In this document: positions 22,201-30,518 of the stretch, in pieces
Position numbering within the stretch: the first letter of the stretch is position 1
Layout of the letters: the number at the start of each line of letters is the position of its first letter
NCBI GenBank assembly: GCA_038731975.1
Contig: JAVYQJ010000002.1
Location: 74,986 to 138,985, forward strand
Source: Thermofilaceae archaeon
GTDB taxonomy: Archaea; Thermoproteota; Thermoprotei; Thermofilales; Thermofilaceae
Length of the DNA stretch: 64,000 nt
Reading direction: 5' to 3'
Notes under the pieces: generated by a model
What the model was told of the DNA's origin: nothing
What the model saw: only the letters and a program-made list of their open reading frames with translations
Databases searched by the model: none
Made by a program: the position numbers and the translations under genes

Positions 22201-24574
22201 TGCTAAGCGGCTCTACGGCGAAGTAGATCTCATCCTTGTCGATTAACTGACCCTCGCGCAGCAGCTCGGCCTCAAATCTGATCCACCTCAGCCCCTCGGT
22301 GGACGCGGGAGCCTCCATACGTAGGCTCTGAACAAGCCTTGCTGGCTCCCAGGCTGCCGGGAGTGTAACGTTCACAGCACCCTCCGCTATCAGTTGGCCA
22401 CTGACGGCGTCGCTCATCCTCCACCTAACCATCGCACTTCCGGTCTCGTTGGCTAGGTCATTTACGACCCATACGTCGGCCTTGAAAGTGGAGTTCGCCT
22501 TATAGACGACCTGAACCCCCCTACTCTCGAACTCCCCACCAATTGCGACGATCACCTTCAAGGGTTTAAACATCTCAGCGACCGTGTAGTAGGCCAGCTT
22601 AGGGATCCCAAAGTAGTCAACAACGGAGAACGAAGCCTGCGGGAAGCAGTCTCTGAAGAGGAAAACAGCTGCTCCAGCCGTCACGTTGAACTTGAGGACC
22701 CTGTACCTGGCTATAGCTATCCGCAGCAGATTTGCCTGGTACCGCTGGCTCGCTTCGACGTAATCGACCAGCGAGGGGTAGTCGCGAGGCTGACCAAAGG
22801 GGAGCTGGAATGCCCGCGGCGCATACAGACCTCGGTAGACAAGGTCGTAGAATTCCGGGCTCCCCTCTTCAATAGGCCACTTCGAGACATTTACGATCCT
22901 CCAGAAGGGGGAGGTGATAGAGGGCAGGGATTGTGCCCCGAATTCTGTCGGGAAGGTTGAAGCGTCGTAGAGGAAGTCCGTCCAGCTGCCGCTAAACCAG
23001 CCGTGGTATACGTGCTGATCCTCATAACCACCACCCGTGATGATGGGTCGGCTATGACCATCCAACGATGAGATTAGAGCCGCCAGAGCGGTGTCAAGAT
23101 CGCGATTCACGCCACGCCTGTAGAGGTCGCCCATCCACTCGCAGGCCCACGGAGGCTCATTGTGTACAGTCCAGATCACAACGCTCGGGTGGTTGTAGAG
23201 GAGTAGTACCATCTTCGCTATCTGACGGTGCGCGCTCTCAACGAAACGCCCGTACTCAGCACCGCTGAGCCTTGAGGCGTAGGCCCATATTAGTGGGCTG
23301 TCCGCTTGAACGGCCAGGCCCATCTCATCAGCCAAACTGTAGAACTCAGTGGGTCCCACGTGCGCGTAGACTCTGACGAAGTTCGCATGCGCGTCTACGA
23401 TCGACCTTAAATCCCGGTAGAGGGTGTCCGTCGAGGCGTTGACAAGGAAGAAATCGTGGATGTAGTTAAACCCCCTCAGGAAGACGCGGCGGCTGTTTAA
23501 CACGAATGTTGCTCGCCCCTTTACGATCTCGCTGCCTCTCAGGGACCGTATCCCGAACCGTACCGATGATGAGCCCATGAGGACACCGTCCCTGGAGCGT
23601 ATCTCGTACCGGAAAGAGTAAAGGTGTGGAAAGCCCTGATCCCACGTCCACCACAGTCTTGGATTCCGTAGGGTGATTTCGAACTCAATCCACCTTCTAT
23701 CATCTTTTCCGATCTCAAAGGTTAACTGCCCATCGACTCCCTCGCCCTCGAAGTTGTAGGGTGAAATACTGTAACGAAGCACACATTGGGCACGCTCCCC
23801 AACGTTGGAGACGTAGAGCCTAACCCTGACTCTGGCTGAACTGTCTTCAGGTACGGCGTCGATTAGAACAACGTTTACCGCTACGGGCCCACTAACGGCT
23901 AGAACGACCGGTTTCCAAAGCCCTATCGGGACAAACCACTCGTAGTTTCGTGGCAGCTTGCCGAGCGCCCAGCGTGGGTAAGGCTTTACGTTCCCGTCGC
24001 CGAATATACCTATGAAAGCCCTCTTGTTGTCCAAATCAAGTTCTACCGGGGATGATAAGCACACCACCAGAGTGTTTGAACCGCCGAAATTCAGTAGGTC
24101 GGTTACGTCGAAGTAGAAGGGGGAAAAGTAGCCCTCGTGCTCACCTAGGTAGATGCCGTTAAGCCAAACCGCAGCGCGATAAAACGCTCCTAGGAAAATC
24201 AGCCTGACGCGGTTGCCCCCCAGACCCTCCGGCAAGCTAAAATCGCGCCTCAGCCAGACAGTCGAGTTGGCGACTGTAGCGGCATGCGTGAAGGGTACAG
24301 TGACTGTCCTCCAGTCAGCGACCGGTGCGTCGGGCCTGAAGAGCTCCTCGAGGACCCCCTCGTCGTAGCTCTTCACCGTGTAGAGCCACTCTCCGCTGAG
24401 ATCGATAAGGTTGGTCGCGAACAACTCAGGTTGAACAAAGTGCTCCAGCACCTTTTCTACGACACCCACTTCACCCAGGACGATGCCTCTATTCAGCTCT
24501 GGCAAGATCACTGTGAAGATCGTTAAAGCGACGATGGCTGCGCTGGCCAAAGCCGCGATCCTTGAAGATCCCAT
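19196..24574 (-). CDS. 1792-aa fusion: signal anchor + GH2 glycosidase (beta-mannosidase-like) + TM bundle + FtsX/MacB-type permease + unknown cytoplasmic domain
   Basis: GH2 modules: WLRRDFSLP...FLGAFYRAAVWLNG, NFVRVYAHVGPTEFYSLADEMGLAVQAD, VHNEP, PTEFGAQS. FtsX hallmarks: RNLRRRRLRTCLTLLSVAAFALAV, then a ~250-aa loop domain, then ERRGEIVTMASVGMNPTHILLVFLSEALLLGFVGGSLGYIVG. No Walker A motif seen anywhere in the protein. Confidence 0.75.
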   Translation of the reverse strand: MGSSRIAALASAAIVALTIFTVILPELNRGIVLGEVGVVEKVLEHFVQPELFATNLIDLSGEWLYTVKSYDEGVLEELFRPDAPVADWRTVTVPFTHAATVANSTVWLRRDFSLPEGLGGNRVRLIFLGAFYRAAVWLNGIYLGEHEGYFSPFYFDVTDLLNFGGSNTLVVCLSSPVELDLDNKRAFIGIFGDGNVKPYPRWALGKLPRNYEWFVPIGLWKPVVLAVSGPVAVNVVLIDAVPEDSSARVRVRLYVSNVGERAQCVLRYSISPYNFEGEGVDGQLTFEIGKDDRRWIEFEITLRNPRLWWTWDQGFPHLYSFRYEIRSRDGVLMGSSSVRFGIRSLRGSEIVKGRATFVLNSRRVFLRGFNYIHDFFLVNASTDTLYRDLRSIVDAHANFVRVYAHVGPTEFYSLADEMGLAVQADSPLIWAYASRLSGAEYGRFVESAHRQIAKMVLLLYNHPSVVIWTVHNEPPWACEWMGDLYRRGVNRDLDTALAALISSLDGHSRPIITGGGYEDQHVYHGWFSGSWTDFLYDASTFPTEFGAQSLPSITSPFWRIVNVSKWPIEEGSPEFYDLVYRGLYAPRAFQLPFGQPRDYPSLVDYVEASQRYQANLLRIAIARYRVLKFNVTAGAAVFLFRDCFPQASFSVVDYFGIPKLAYYTVAEMFKPLKVIVAIGGEFESRGVQVVYKANSTFKADVWVVNDLANETGSAMVRWRMSDAVSGQLIAEGAVNVTLPAAWEPARLVQSLRMEAPASTEGLRWIRFEAELLREGQLIDKDEIYFAVEPLSRVVVNLEGVEGRLTFYVASDRFNFYVTSEGGKLSFAVSAGSKVTIIGPRFDGATPYTPVRVDLPSLNPGTTSLTVRLVEGAIYTVRLPLLTPQVARTPTLRLRVEAGVRPESPIITVYDDPELRVLLNLRGNDFIVPAGVPVTLSLEVDGAIVVRREVELAPNERLVEGVFASSLAQQSLARGEREMRQAKSMLASLERQGFYLGLSKQLLDRASRLLEAAADLIEAYPERAAASIAEASLLLKGVMSRLNELRSAAQLNLPLLLLMIILVSFGLSSLIVENESARPAAGTLLLVGLGVLMYFTYPGFSGLGSMELFIALYVSFFVLVLMLLLPYLLEGLRSEKGVPLLAAATSALSIAARNLRRRRLRTCLTLLSVAAFALAVTNLTSVNYFVSLRELVTTVPHPQDAPNVLAAFSGGELSLADIMYLSSQPEVLRYGFKVESRARAEPYAVISGRLIRGFIGFYGYTPISLPLVTPPSRTGHQDFLTVAFVSSTFEGLGVKPGDVVQVGEVKLKIIGFFDPAELGRIRDVGGYDLLPRVLQPDGSVGVAHPDEVIIVPALTALRLGGFISRLYAEASSPDDLRALAERLALQSDYVVVALPAGDYQRVYFTGPTIEYRGSEAILPVALVFINVASVVLASVYERRGEIVTMASVGMNPTHILLVFLSEALLLGFVGGSLGYIVGVSAFRVVQWAGVALPVDVKTSVWDMMGVVTLSITSSLAAALVPSLKASQYVTPSLRRRWKLEAQVVGGEWYVEIPIRVSAERVAQFVDYLAERLREEERGIERSTARVGASTSIVDGRTLYEVSFTYSRGGGRPFTASVIAVVKPVGPEFYSVAVKVKPLSIYSRFYQSYVQEVVAFVRGIVLEWASLKIRLLAPVGVDVSKVVELVRNYQPQLVLLATRRGDGRLVRELRSRLRAQGLRPPATEVIAVKSDSLDGLVEELRLLISKADIVALDSDDGLLSAALALAAAIEGRRVAVIREGRLEEVSVDRLLKLQ

Positions 24575-24632
24575 CGGAAGACCGACGAGCGTCGGATAAA
24601 AACTTTAATGAAAGCATGTTAGACGCCAACAG

Positions 24633-26963
24633 ATGCTCGTAAAGGTCAAGGTCCTGCTTGAAGCACTAGCACTGGGCGCAGTGCTGATGTTCGGTATAGC
24701 ATCGGTCAAAACTTTCTTCCGCGACGGCATTCCTCCGGGCTGGGATCATCCACCGCACCTCGTGTGCTCCTACCTTACTTCGAGGTACTTCTTTCCCCGC
24801 ATCCTGGGTTGGGATCCCTACAACAACTTCGGTTGGGTCTTTAACCAGTTCTACAATCCGGGGGCCTACCTACTAGTAGCGCTCATCGATCGAGCCTTCG
24901 CCGGCATTATCGATATACTGGTAGCTTATAAGATAGCCCTGGTCGTTACCTACTTGCTACCGGCCGTAGGCGCCTACGCTCTCGCGAAAGCGCTGGGAAG
25001 TGGTTACACGGGAGCGACTCTCGCAGCGCTACTCTCCCTGCTGATTCTACCGGGGGAGTCGGAGTGGCTCGACGCTGGTCTAAAGCAATTGTACTACATC
25101 GGTATGTGGCCCCACAGGCTGGGAATAGGCTTGGCACTTCTAGCTTTGGCCGCCTACTGGAGCGCCTTAGGCAAGCGGGGAGCAGCGTGGCTCCAAAGGG
25201 TATCCCTAGCCTCTCTGCTAGGTGCAGGAGCAGTTCTGAGTCACGTCATGACCGGTGCTTCACTCCTCATCGCCGAAACGATTGCCGCAGCGGCACATAC
25301 CGTTCGGCGCGTTATGCTTGCCGAGGGTGCGGGAAGAAAGAGAGTATTAGCAGCTTCAAGAGGAGGTCTGCATGTCCTTGTCACGTTCCTAGCCACGGTA
25401 GCCGGCACGTTCGGCCTGTTGGCATTCTGGCTGGTTCCGCTCTTGCTCACAAACGCAACCTATCACAGCTTACCAACGATTAGCTGGTATACGGGCCCTT
25501 GGGGCTTCCTACACTTCCTCTCCTCTCTCGGGATGCTGCCTCTAGCGTTCACGGCAGTATCTCTGCTGCTCTCCGGTTTAACCGTTAAGCGGGCACTGCT
25601 CCCCTTAACGCTGACTGCCGTAATCTCATCTATCCTACTGTGGCTCATCGGAGCTCTATTCCCATACGACGGCTACCTCGGCCTAAGGCTCCTTGTCGCT
25701 GCCCTCTTTCTGCTGATAGTTTCGTCGCTCAGCCAGATGCCTGGCCCAGCGATGCTGCTATCCATCACCTCAGTGCTCCTGACCATTGCTACTGGCCCTG
25801 ACACGTACCGATTCCAGGTGCTTTGGTGGAGCATCGATCTCAACAGAATTCTACCGTTTAGCGAGTGGTATGCGTACTACAAGTTCGCCGGTCTCGCCCG
25901 CTATCTCGCATTGACCGTTGCGGCGCTAGGCCTCTCTGCAGTGCTGGAGAGAGCCTATGCTGCGTCGAAGCGGCTTAAGGGCTCTGCTGCGCAGCTCGCG
26001 CTCGGTGGATTTGGTCTTTCGCTCCTGCTCTTAGTATGGGCCCTCTTAGGCTCACACATCGCGCAGACCGACATCTACTACCCCTTCTCTGACACGCTGC
26101 GCTTCAAGATGGACACCGACTTTCCGGGAATAGCCGACATGGTGGATGTAATGGAGTGGGTCAGGAGCAACGTTCCTGACAACACGTATGTTTTCTACCT
26201 AGATACGTTGTGGAAGCTTGGGGATTGGAGCCGACTTCCAGTTTCTCACTACTTCTACCTCTCATCGATGATCACTGGGGTGCCGCAGGTGGGAGGGGGG
26301 TTTGGCACTAGGTACATAACTCAACCCATCGCGAACACGGAAGCCGACCATTTGTTGGGTCAACCCATCGAATGGCTCGTTAGAAACCCTGAAAGAGTGT
26401 ACGAGATGGCGAAGCAGTTGGGGATCAGCTACTTCGTGATATTTGATAACAGGCTGTCATCGTCGCTAAGGGCGAGACCTGAGTTGTTCGAGGATGTTTA
26501 CAGGAGAGGCTCGTTTCACGTTTTCAGAACCACGACCTTCAACCCGATCGTAAGCATTGACGAAGGCGAAATCGTGAGTGTAACGATAAGACCAAACTCT
26601 ATAGTCGTGCGCTATCGAGCGGGCAACGCCACAGTAGTGAGGGTAAGGCAGGTCTACTTCCCCGGCTGGACGGCATACGTTAACGGTCAACCTGTGCACG
26701 TGGAATCCTATTACCCTGAGATCCCCACCTATGTATGGGTTCCGGGGGATGGAGTCATCACTAACTATAGGGTGCCATTCATCAAGGTCGCTGTACCTTC
26801 GGGCGAGAACACGCTTCATCTTCAGTACGAACTGAACACGTGGGGGGATTACGTAACTCTTTTTACGGCTTCCTTCATATTAATAGTTAACGTTATTGCA
26901 ATATCTCTCAAACATAACTATTATTATTTTCTTCCTAAAATTTTACGAATTCTTAAAGGATGA
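24633..26963 (+). CDS. Large polytopic membrane protein with C-terminal extracytoplasmic domain (GT-C-like glycosyltransferase candidate)
   Basis: At least 12 hydrophobic helices in the first ~480 aa, a first-loop acidic motif RDGIPPGWDHPPH, and then a ~250-aa soluble beta-rich domain and a terminal TM helix. The functional call is inference only. Confidence 0.5.
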   Translation: MLVKVKVLLEALALGAVLMFGIASVKTFFRDGIPPGWDHPPHLVCSYLTSRYFFPRILGWDPYNNFGWVFNQFYNPGAYLLVALIDRAFAGIIDILVAYKIALVVTYLLPAVGAYALAKALGSGYTGATLAALLSLLILPGESEWLDAGLKQLYYIGMWPHRLGIGLALLALAAYWSALGKRGAAWLQRVSLASLLGAGAVLSHVMTGASLLIAETIAAAAHTVRRVMLAEGAGRKRVLAASRGGLHVLVTFLATVAGTFGLLAFWLVPLLLTNATYHSLPTISWYTGPWGFLHFLSSLGMLPLAFTAVSLLLSGLTVKRALLPLTLTAVISSILLWLIGALFPYDGYLGLRLLVAALFLLIVSSLSQMPGPAMLLSITSVLLTIATGPDTYRFQVLWWSIDLNRILPFSEWYAYYKFAGLARYLALTVAALGLSAVLERAYAASKRLKGSAAQLALGGFGLSLLLLVWALLGSHIAQTDIYYPFSDTLRFKMDTDFPGIADMVDVMEWVRSNVPDNTYVFYLDTLWKLGDWSRLPVSHYFYLSSMITGVPQVGGGFGTRYITQPIANTEADHLLGQPIEWLVRNPERVYEMAKQLGISYFVIFDNRLSSSLRARPELFEDVYRRGSFHVFRTTTFNPIVSIDEGEIVSVTIRPNSIVVRYRAGNATVVRVRQVYFPGWTAYVNGQPVHVESYYPEIPTYVWVPGDGVITNYRVPFIKVAVPSGENTLHLQYELNTWGDYVTLFTASFILIVNVIAISLKHNYYYFLPKILRILKG

Positions 26964-27023
26964 TCGTGTTGAGGATGCTGTTGCAGAACGCAGATTTATA
27001 ACTGCACTGTAGTGTTACTCTCG

Positions 27024-29048
27024 ATGAAGGCGACTACATCAACAACATTGATCACAGTCATCGTCGTGGTCGCGCTCAGTGGTATAACCTTCCCTCAACC
27101 GATTGCCCTCAGCATCGGTATTAATGATGTCGCATACGATGGGGGGCAGCTATACCTCTCCCTGACTAACGGCACATTAGTATCGTATAGTGGTGAAGCA
27201 TGGATTTGGAGGTTAACATTCGAGGGTTATGGTATCCCTGTTTTTCTCACGCCGGCTCCTCCCTACGGACTTCTGGTGTTAACCGACGCTGCGTGGCTGG
27301 GGCTCATCGCACGTGATGGAAGACCAATGGGATGGGCGAAGGTTAGTATCGATCCCAACGCCGTAGCGAAAGGAAGGGGAAAGCTACTTTACGCTAACGG
27401 ATTAGCGCTAATTTACGCCGGTGGGACGGCATCAGCCGTCAAAGTGCCCGAGCTTAAGCCGCTGGACTACTATAGCATACGGAACACGTTCTTAGGTGGC
27501 AGCATTAGCTCGCGCGGCGACGCTATCGTGCTCTACGGCTTCGACACGTTTTGCTCAATCTGCATTCAAAATGAAGAGAAACTGTTGCTCATAATCAAGC
27601 CGGAAACGGGAGATCTTCTCTTTCGTGGCGTTGTAACGCACCTGAGAGACGCCGCTGTATTTTGGCGTCGAAACTGGTTGATCCTGGCTAAATGGGATGC
27701 TATGTACGTTTACAATCTGGAGGACAGGGGTCTGGAAAAGCCCGTAAGGGTCTACGCCTACGCTCAGCCAATTGATAGGTGGCTGAGCTGGGGGTTCTCC
27801 CCGAGCGGTAACCTTTTCCACTATATTTTCGCCAGCGGTAATTCGCTGAGCTTAGTCGTCGTAGACATCGAGAGCGGATCGACCATCTCCCGCGACGTGC
27901 CCTTAACGCCTGCGCGACGTGTTCTGTCGTCGATTGATGACAACTACAGGTTAGCAATTTTAAGCTACAATACAGTAGTTGAGGCAGCTTACGTCGTTTT
28001 CAGTGATGCAACGGGAGGGATGCTGATGGAAGCCTTGAGGGACCTTGGCGCCCCTAGGGCGATCAGGATCGCGGTGGACAGAGCTATCGCCTTGTTCGAT
28101 AGAGGCTTCGTAGTAATGCCCCCATTAGTAACTGGTACTACGAGAGAGGGGTCGAAACTAGCGCACCTCGTGGTGCAGGTCATAGATGAGGAGGGTCAGC
28201 CCTTCCACGGAGCGCTCGTCTGCGCTAACACCAGCTGCGTTACAACGTCATCAACGGGCGTCGCCGAACTTGCTCTGGAACCAGGAACGTACCTTCTGAC
28301 CGTCAGGCACTCCTTAGCTCAAGAGTTTCAAACATCGTTCACTATACAGGGCAACTTGACTAAGCTCGTAACGCTCAGAAGGCTTTATAGTTTAAACGTT
28401 AATGTTAATGTTTCTACAGAAAAGAAGTTGACTGAAGGCTGCATAATTAGGGTTTATGACGTGCAGGGCACTAAGTTGGGTGAAGCGAGCAACTGCACGG
28501 CCACGTTCAGCCTTACTAGGGGTCTGTACGCCGTTGAGGCTGAGGCTGCGCAACAAGTGGTCAAGCAAATCGTCGCTATCCAAAGCGACACCCTTCTTAA
28601 TTTCCTGCTGATCGAAAGACCTTCATTCACCCTAACCGTTAGCGTGCTCGACGAAAACGGTACAGCTCTTCGCGACGCTTTCATCAAATTGCTTGACTCC
28701 CGTAACGTTACCGTAGCCTCCGCTCAAGGTAAACTCGTTCTCCAACTGGCTCCTGGTCGCTACACAGTACTGGTCCAGAAACCCGGTTACCTGAACTGGA
28801 GCTCTACGCTTGAATTGAACGACAATTTAAGCGTAGAGACAATGCTTACGCGTTATCCGCGGACGACCGTACACGAAGGAGAGCCCGATGAAACCCGATT
28901 AGTTGCCGCCTCAGCGGCATCGTCGCTGATAACCGCTACTCTGGTCGTTGCTGCGCAGCGATTTAACCTCCCTGAGCGCGTTGTTAAACAGGCTTCTAGA
29001 GTAAGTTCTAAGCTTAGGATGAAGAGAAGTAGGAGACGTGCGAGCTAG
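27024..29048 (+). CDS. Secreted/anchored protein: N-terminal repeat (propeller-like) region + carboxypeptidase-regulatory-like domains + C-terminal TM and basic tail
   Basis: N-terminal hydrophobic helix TLITVIVVVALSG. Motifs LEPGTYLLTVRH and LAPGRYTVLVQKPGY. C-terminal helix LVAASAASSLITATLVVAA followed by KRSRRRAS. Confidence 0.6.
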   Translation: MKATTSTTLITVIVVVALSGITFPQPIALSIGINDVAYDGGQLYLSLTNGTLVSYSGEAWIWRLTFEGYGIPVFLTPAPPYGLLVLTDAAWLGLIARDGRPMGWAKVSIDPNAVAKGRGKLLYANGLALIYAGGTASAVKVPELKPLDYYSIRNTFLGGSISSRGDAIVLYGFDTFCSICIQNEEKLLLIIKPETGDLLFRGVVTHLRDAAVFWRRNWLILAKWDAMYVYNLEDRGLEKPVRVYAYAQPIDRWLSWGFSPSGNLFHYIFASGNSLSLVVVDIESGSTISRDVPLTPARRVLSSIDDNYRLAILSYNTVVEAAYVVFSDATGGMLMEALRDLGAPRAIRIAVDRAIALFDRGFVVMPPLVTGTTREGSKLAHLVVQVIDEEGQPFHGALVCANTSCVTTSSTGVAELALEPGTYLLTVRHSLAQEFQTSFTIQGNLTKLVTLRRLYSLNVNVNVSTEKKLTEGCIIRVYDVQGTKLGEASNCTATFSLTRGLYAVEAEAAQQVVKQIVAIQSDTLLNFLLIERPSFTLTVSVLDENGTALRDAFIKLLDSRNVTVASAQGKLVLQLAPGRYTVLVQKPGYLNWSSTLELNDNLSVETMLTRYPRTTVHEGEPDETRLVAASAASSLITATLVVAAQRFNLPERVVKQASRVSSKLRMKRSRRRAS

Positions 29049-29574
29049 GCAAGCAGCACTAATTTCGGTTTTCTCCGCACTAGCTATAGCTGCTAGGCTC
29101 CTAAAGCACGCGCTTGCAGGAACCCTTCAATTCGTGAACATCCCACTGATAGCGGCGATGGTGGCCGCGCACGCGGGAGGTTCTCTCGTTGGTGCCTTAA
29201 CAGGGGTTCTATCGTTCCTGGGGAGCGATGCCGTACTGGGTCTGGGTCCCTGGACGCTCGTGAACTCTTCGCTCGCCGGCTTAATAGGAGCTGCCTGGGG
29301 ATCCATCGACACGAAGAACAGCTCTTCGGTAAGATTGTTCGTTTTTGCTTTCCTACTCGTCTTCCTGTACGATGTGGTTTCGTCGTTCGCCCTATATGTT
29401 CTTTTCATAGGCGATGCACGCGTAGCACTCCTCTACGCTCTGGTAGGCCTCTTTTTCCCAGTAATGGGCGGATACATGGTGGGGATAGGACCCTTAACAG
29501 AGCTTGTTACGGCGGCTTCAGTAACGCTCTTGATCAATAGGATCAACAGAATAGAGTTGCCTCTGCTGCGATGA
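29038..29574 (+). CDS. Integral membrane protein (5-6 TM helices; ECF S-component-like?)
   Basis: Hydrophobic throughout. GTG start overlaps the upstream stop by 11 nt. The family assignment is uncertain. Confidence 0.45.
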   Translation: MRARQAALISVFSALAIAARLLKHALAGTLQFVNIPLIAAMVAAHAGGSLVGALTGVLSFLGSDAVLGLGPWTLVNSSLAGLIGAAWGSIDTKNSSSVRLFVFAFLLVFLYDVVSSFALYVLFIGDARVALLYALVGLFFPVMGGYMVGIGPLTELVTAASVTLLINRINRIELPLLR

Positions 29575-29575
29575 T

Positions 29576-30475
29576 CTAGAGACTCAATGCTGTTAGCATC
29601 TCATTGACGGCCTTTGCCAGGCTCTCAGCTACGCTAACCCTAGAGACCGGAGAGGGAACGGTATCGGTGGCGACAACTTCCCTCACTCCAGCAGCGTACA
29701 ATCGATCTAGAGCACCCGATACAAGCAGAGCGTGAGTGCACGCCGCGTACACGTTGAGAGCCCCCTCTGTAAGCACCGATTTGGAGGCCGCGGCTATAGT
29801 TCCACCGGTGCTTATGATATCGTCGACTATTAGTACGTCTCTTCCCCTCACGTCTAAGCTCTTGGGCACCACCTTCACTTCGCCCGTGACCCGGTCCCTG
29901 ACCTTCTCCAGGTAGTCGTACTGAGCACCCAGCAGCTGAGCAGCCAGCTGAGCTCTGTGCAGAGCCCCCCTATCTGGTGCCAGTACCACGGGGTTGCTCA
30001 ATCTGCCCCGAAAGTATCCGATTAAAGCCTCAATGGGAATAACGTTTGTGTGGGGTATCTCCAGCCACTCATCAAGCGAGGAAGGCCGGTGAAGATCTAC
30101 AGTAATCAGCGCGTCAGCACCGGCAGCTTCGATCGCTTTGAAGATAACCTTGACGCTTATCGGTTCACCCTCGAGGAACCTCTTATCCTGCCTAGCGTAG
30201 GCCACGTACGGAACAACCACGATAACGTGCTTAGCCCCAGCCCCTTTAGCGGCATCGATCGCCAGCAACAGCTGCAGGAACCTTTCGTCCTGAGGCTGGT
30301 ACAGCGAGTGGACAAGCACGACCGTTGAGCCCTCAAGCCTGTAAGGCACGCGGACGTACTTCTCCCCGTCGGGGAAGACCTTCTCATCGACAGCTATCAT
30401 GCTGCACCCCAGCAGGGTGGAGAGGCGCGCCGCCAAACCTAGCGACGAACTTGTCGCAATAACCTTCACGTTCAC
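29576..30475 (-). CDS. prs: Ribose-phosphate pyrophosphokinase
   Basis: PRPP-binding loop VLIVDDIISTGGTI, plus DLH and VVVPYVAYARQDK motifs. Confidence 0.9.
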   Translation of the reverse strand: MNVKVIATSSSLGLAARLSTLLGCSMIAVDEKVFPDGEKYVRVPYRLEGSTVVLVHSLYQPQDERFLQLLLAIDAAKGAGAKHVIVVVPYVAYARQDKRFLEGEPISVKVIFKAIEAAGADALITVDLHRPSSLDEWLEIPHTNVIPIEALIGYFRGRLSNPVVLAPDRGALHRAQLAAQLLGAQYDYLEKVRDRVTGEVKVVPKSLDVRGRDVLIVDDIISTGGTIAAASKSVLTEGALNVYAACTHALLVSGALDRLYAAGVREVVATDTVPSPVSRVSVAESLAKAVNEMLTALSL

Positions 30476-30518
30476 GTAGCGAGCGCGCGCAATCCCTCAA
30501 AAGCTTAATGCATAGCTA

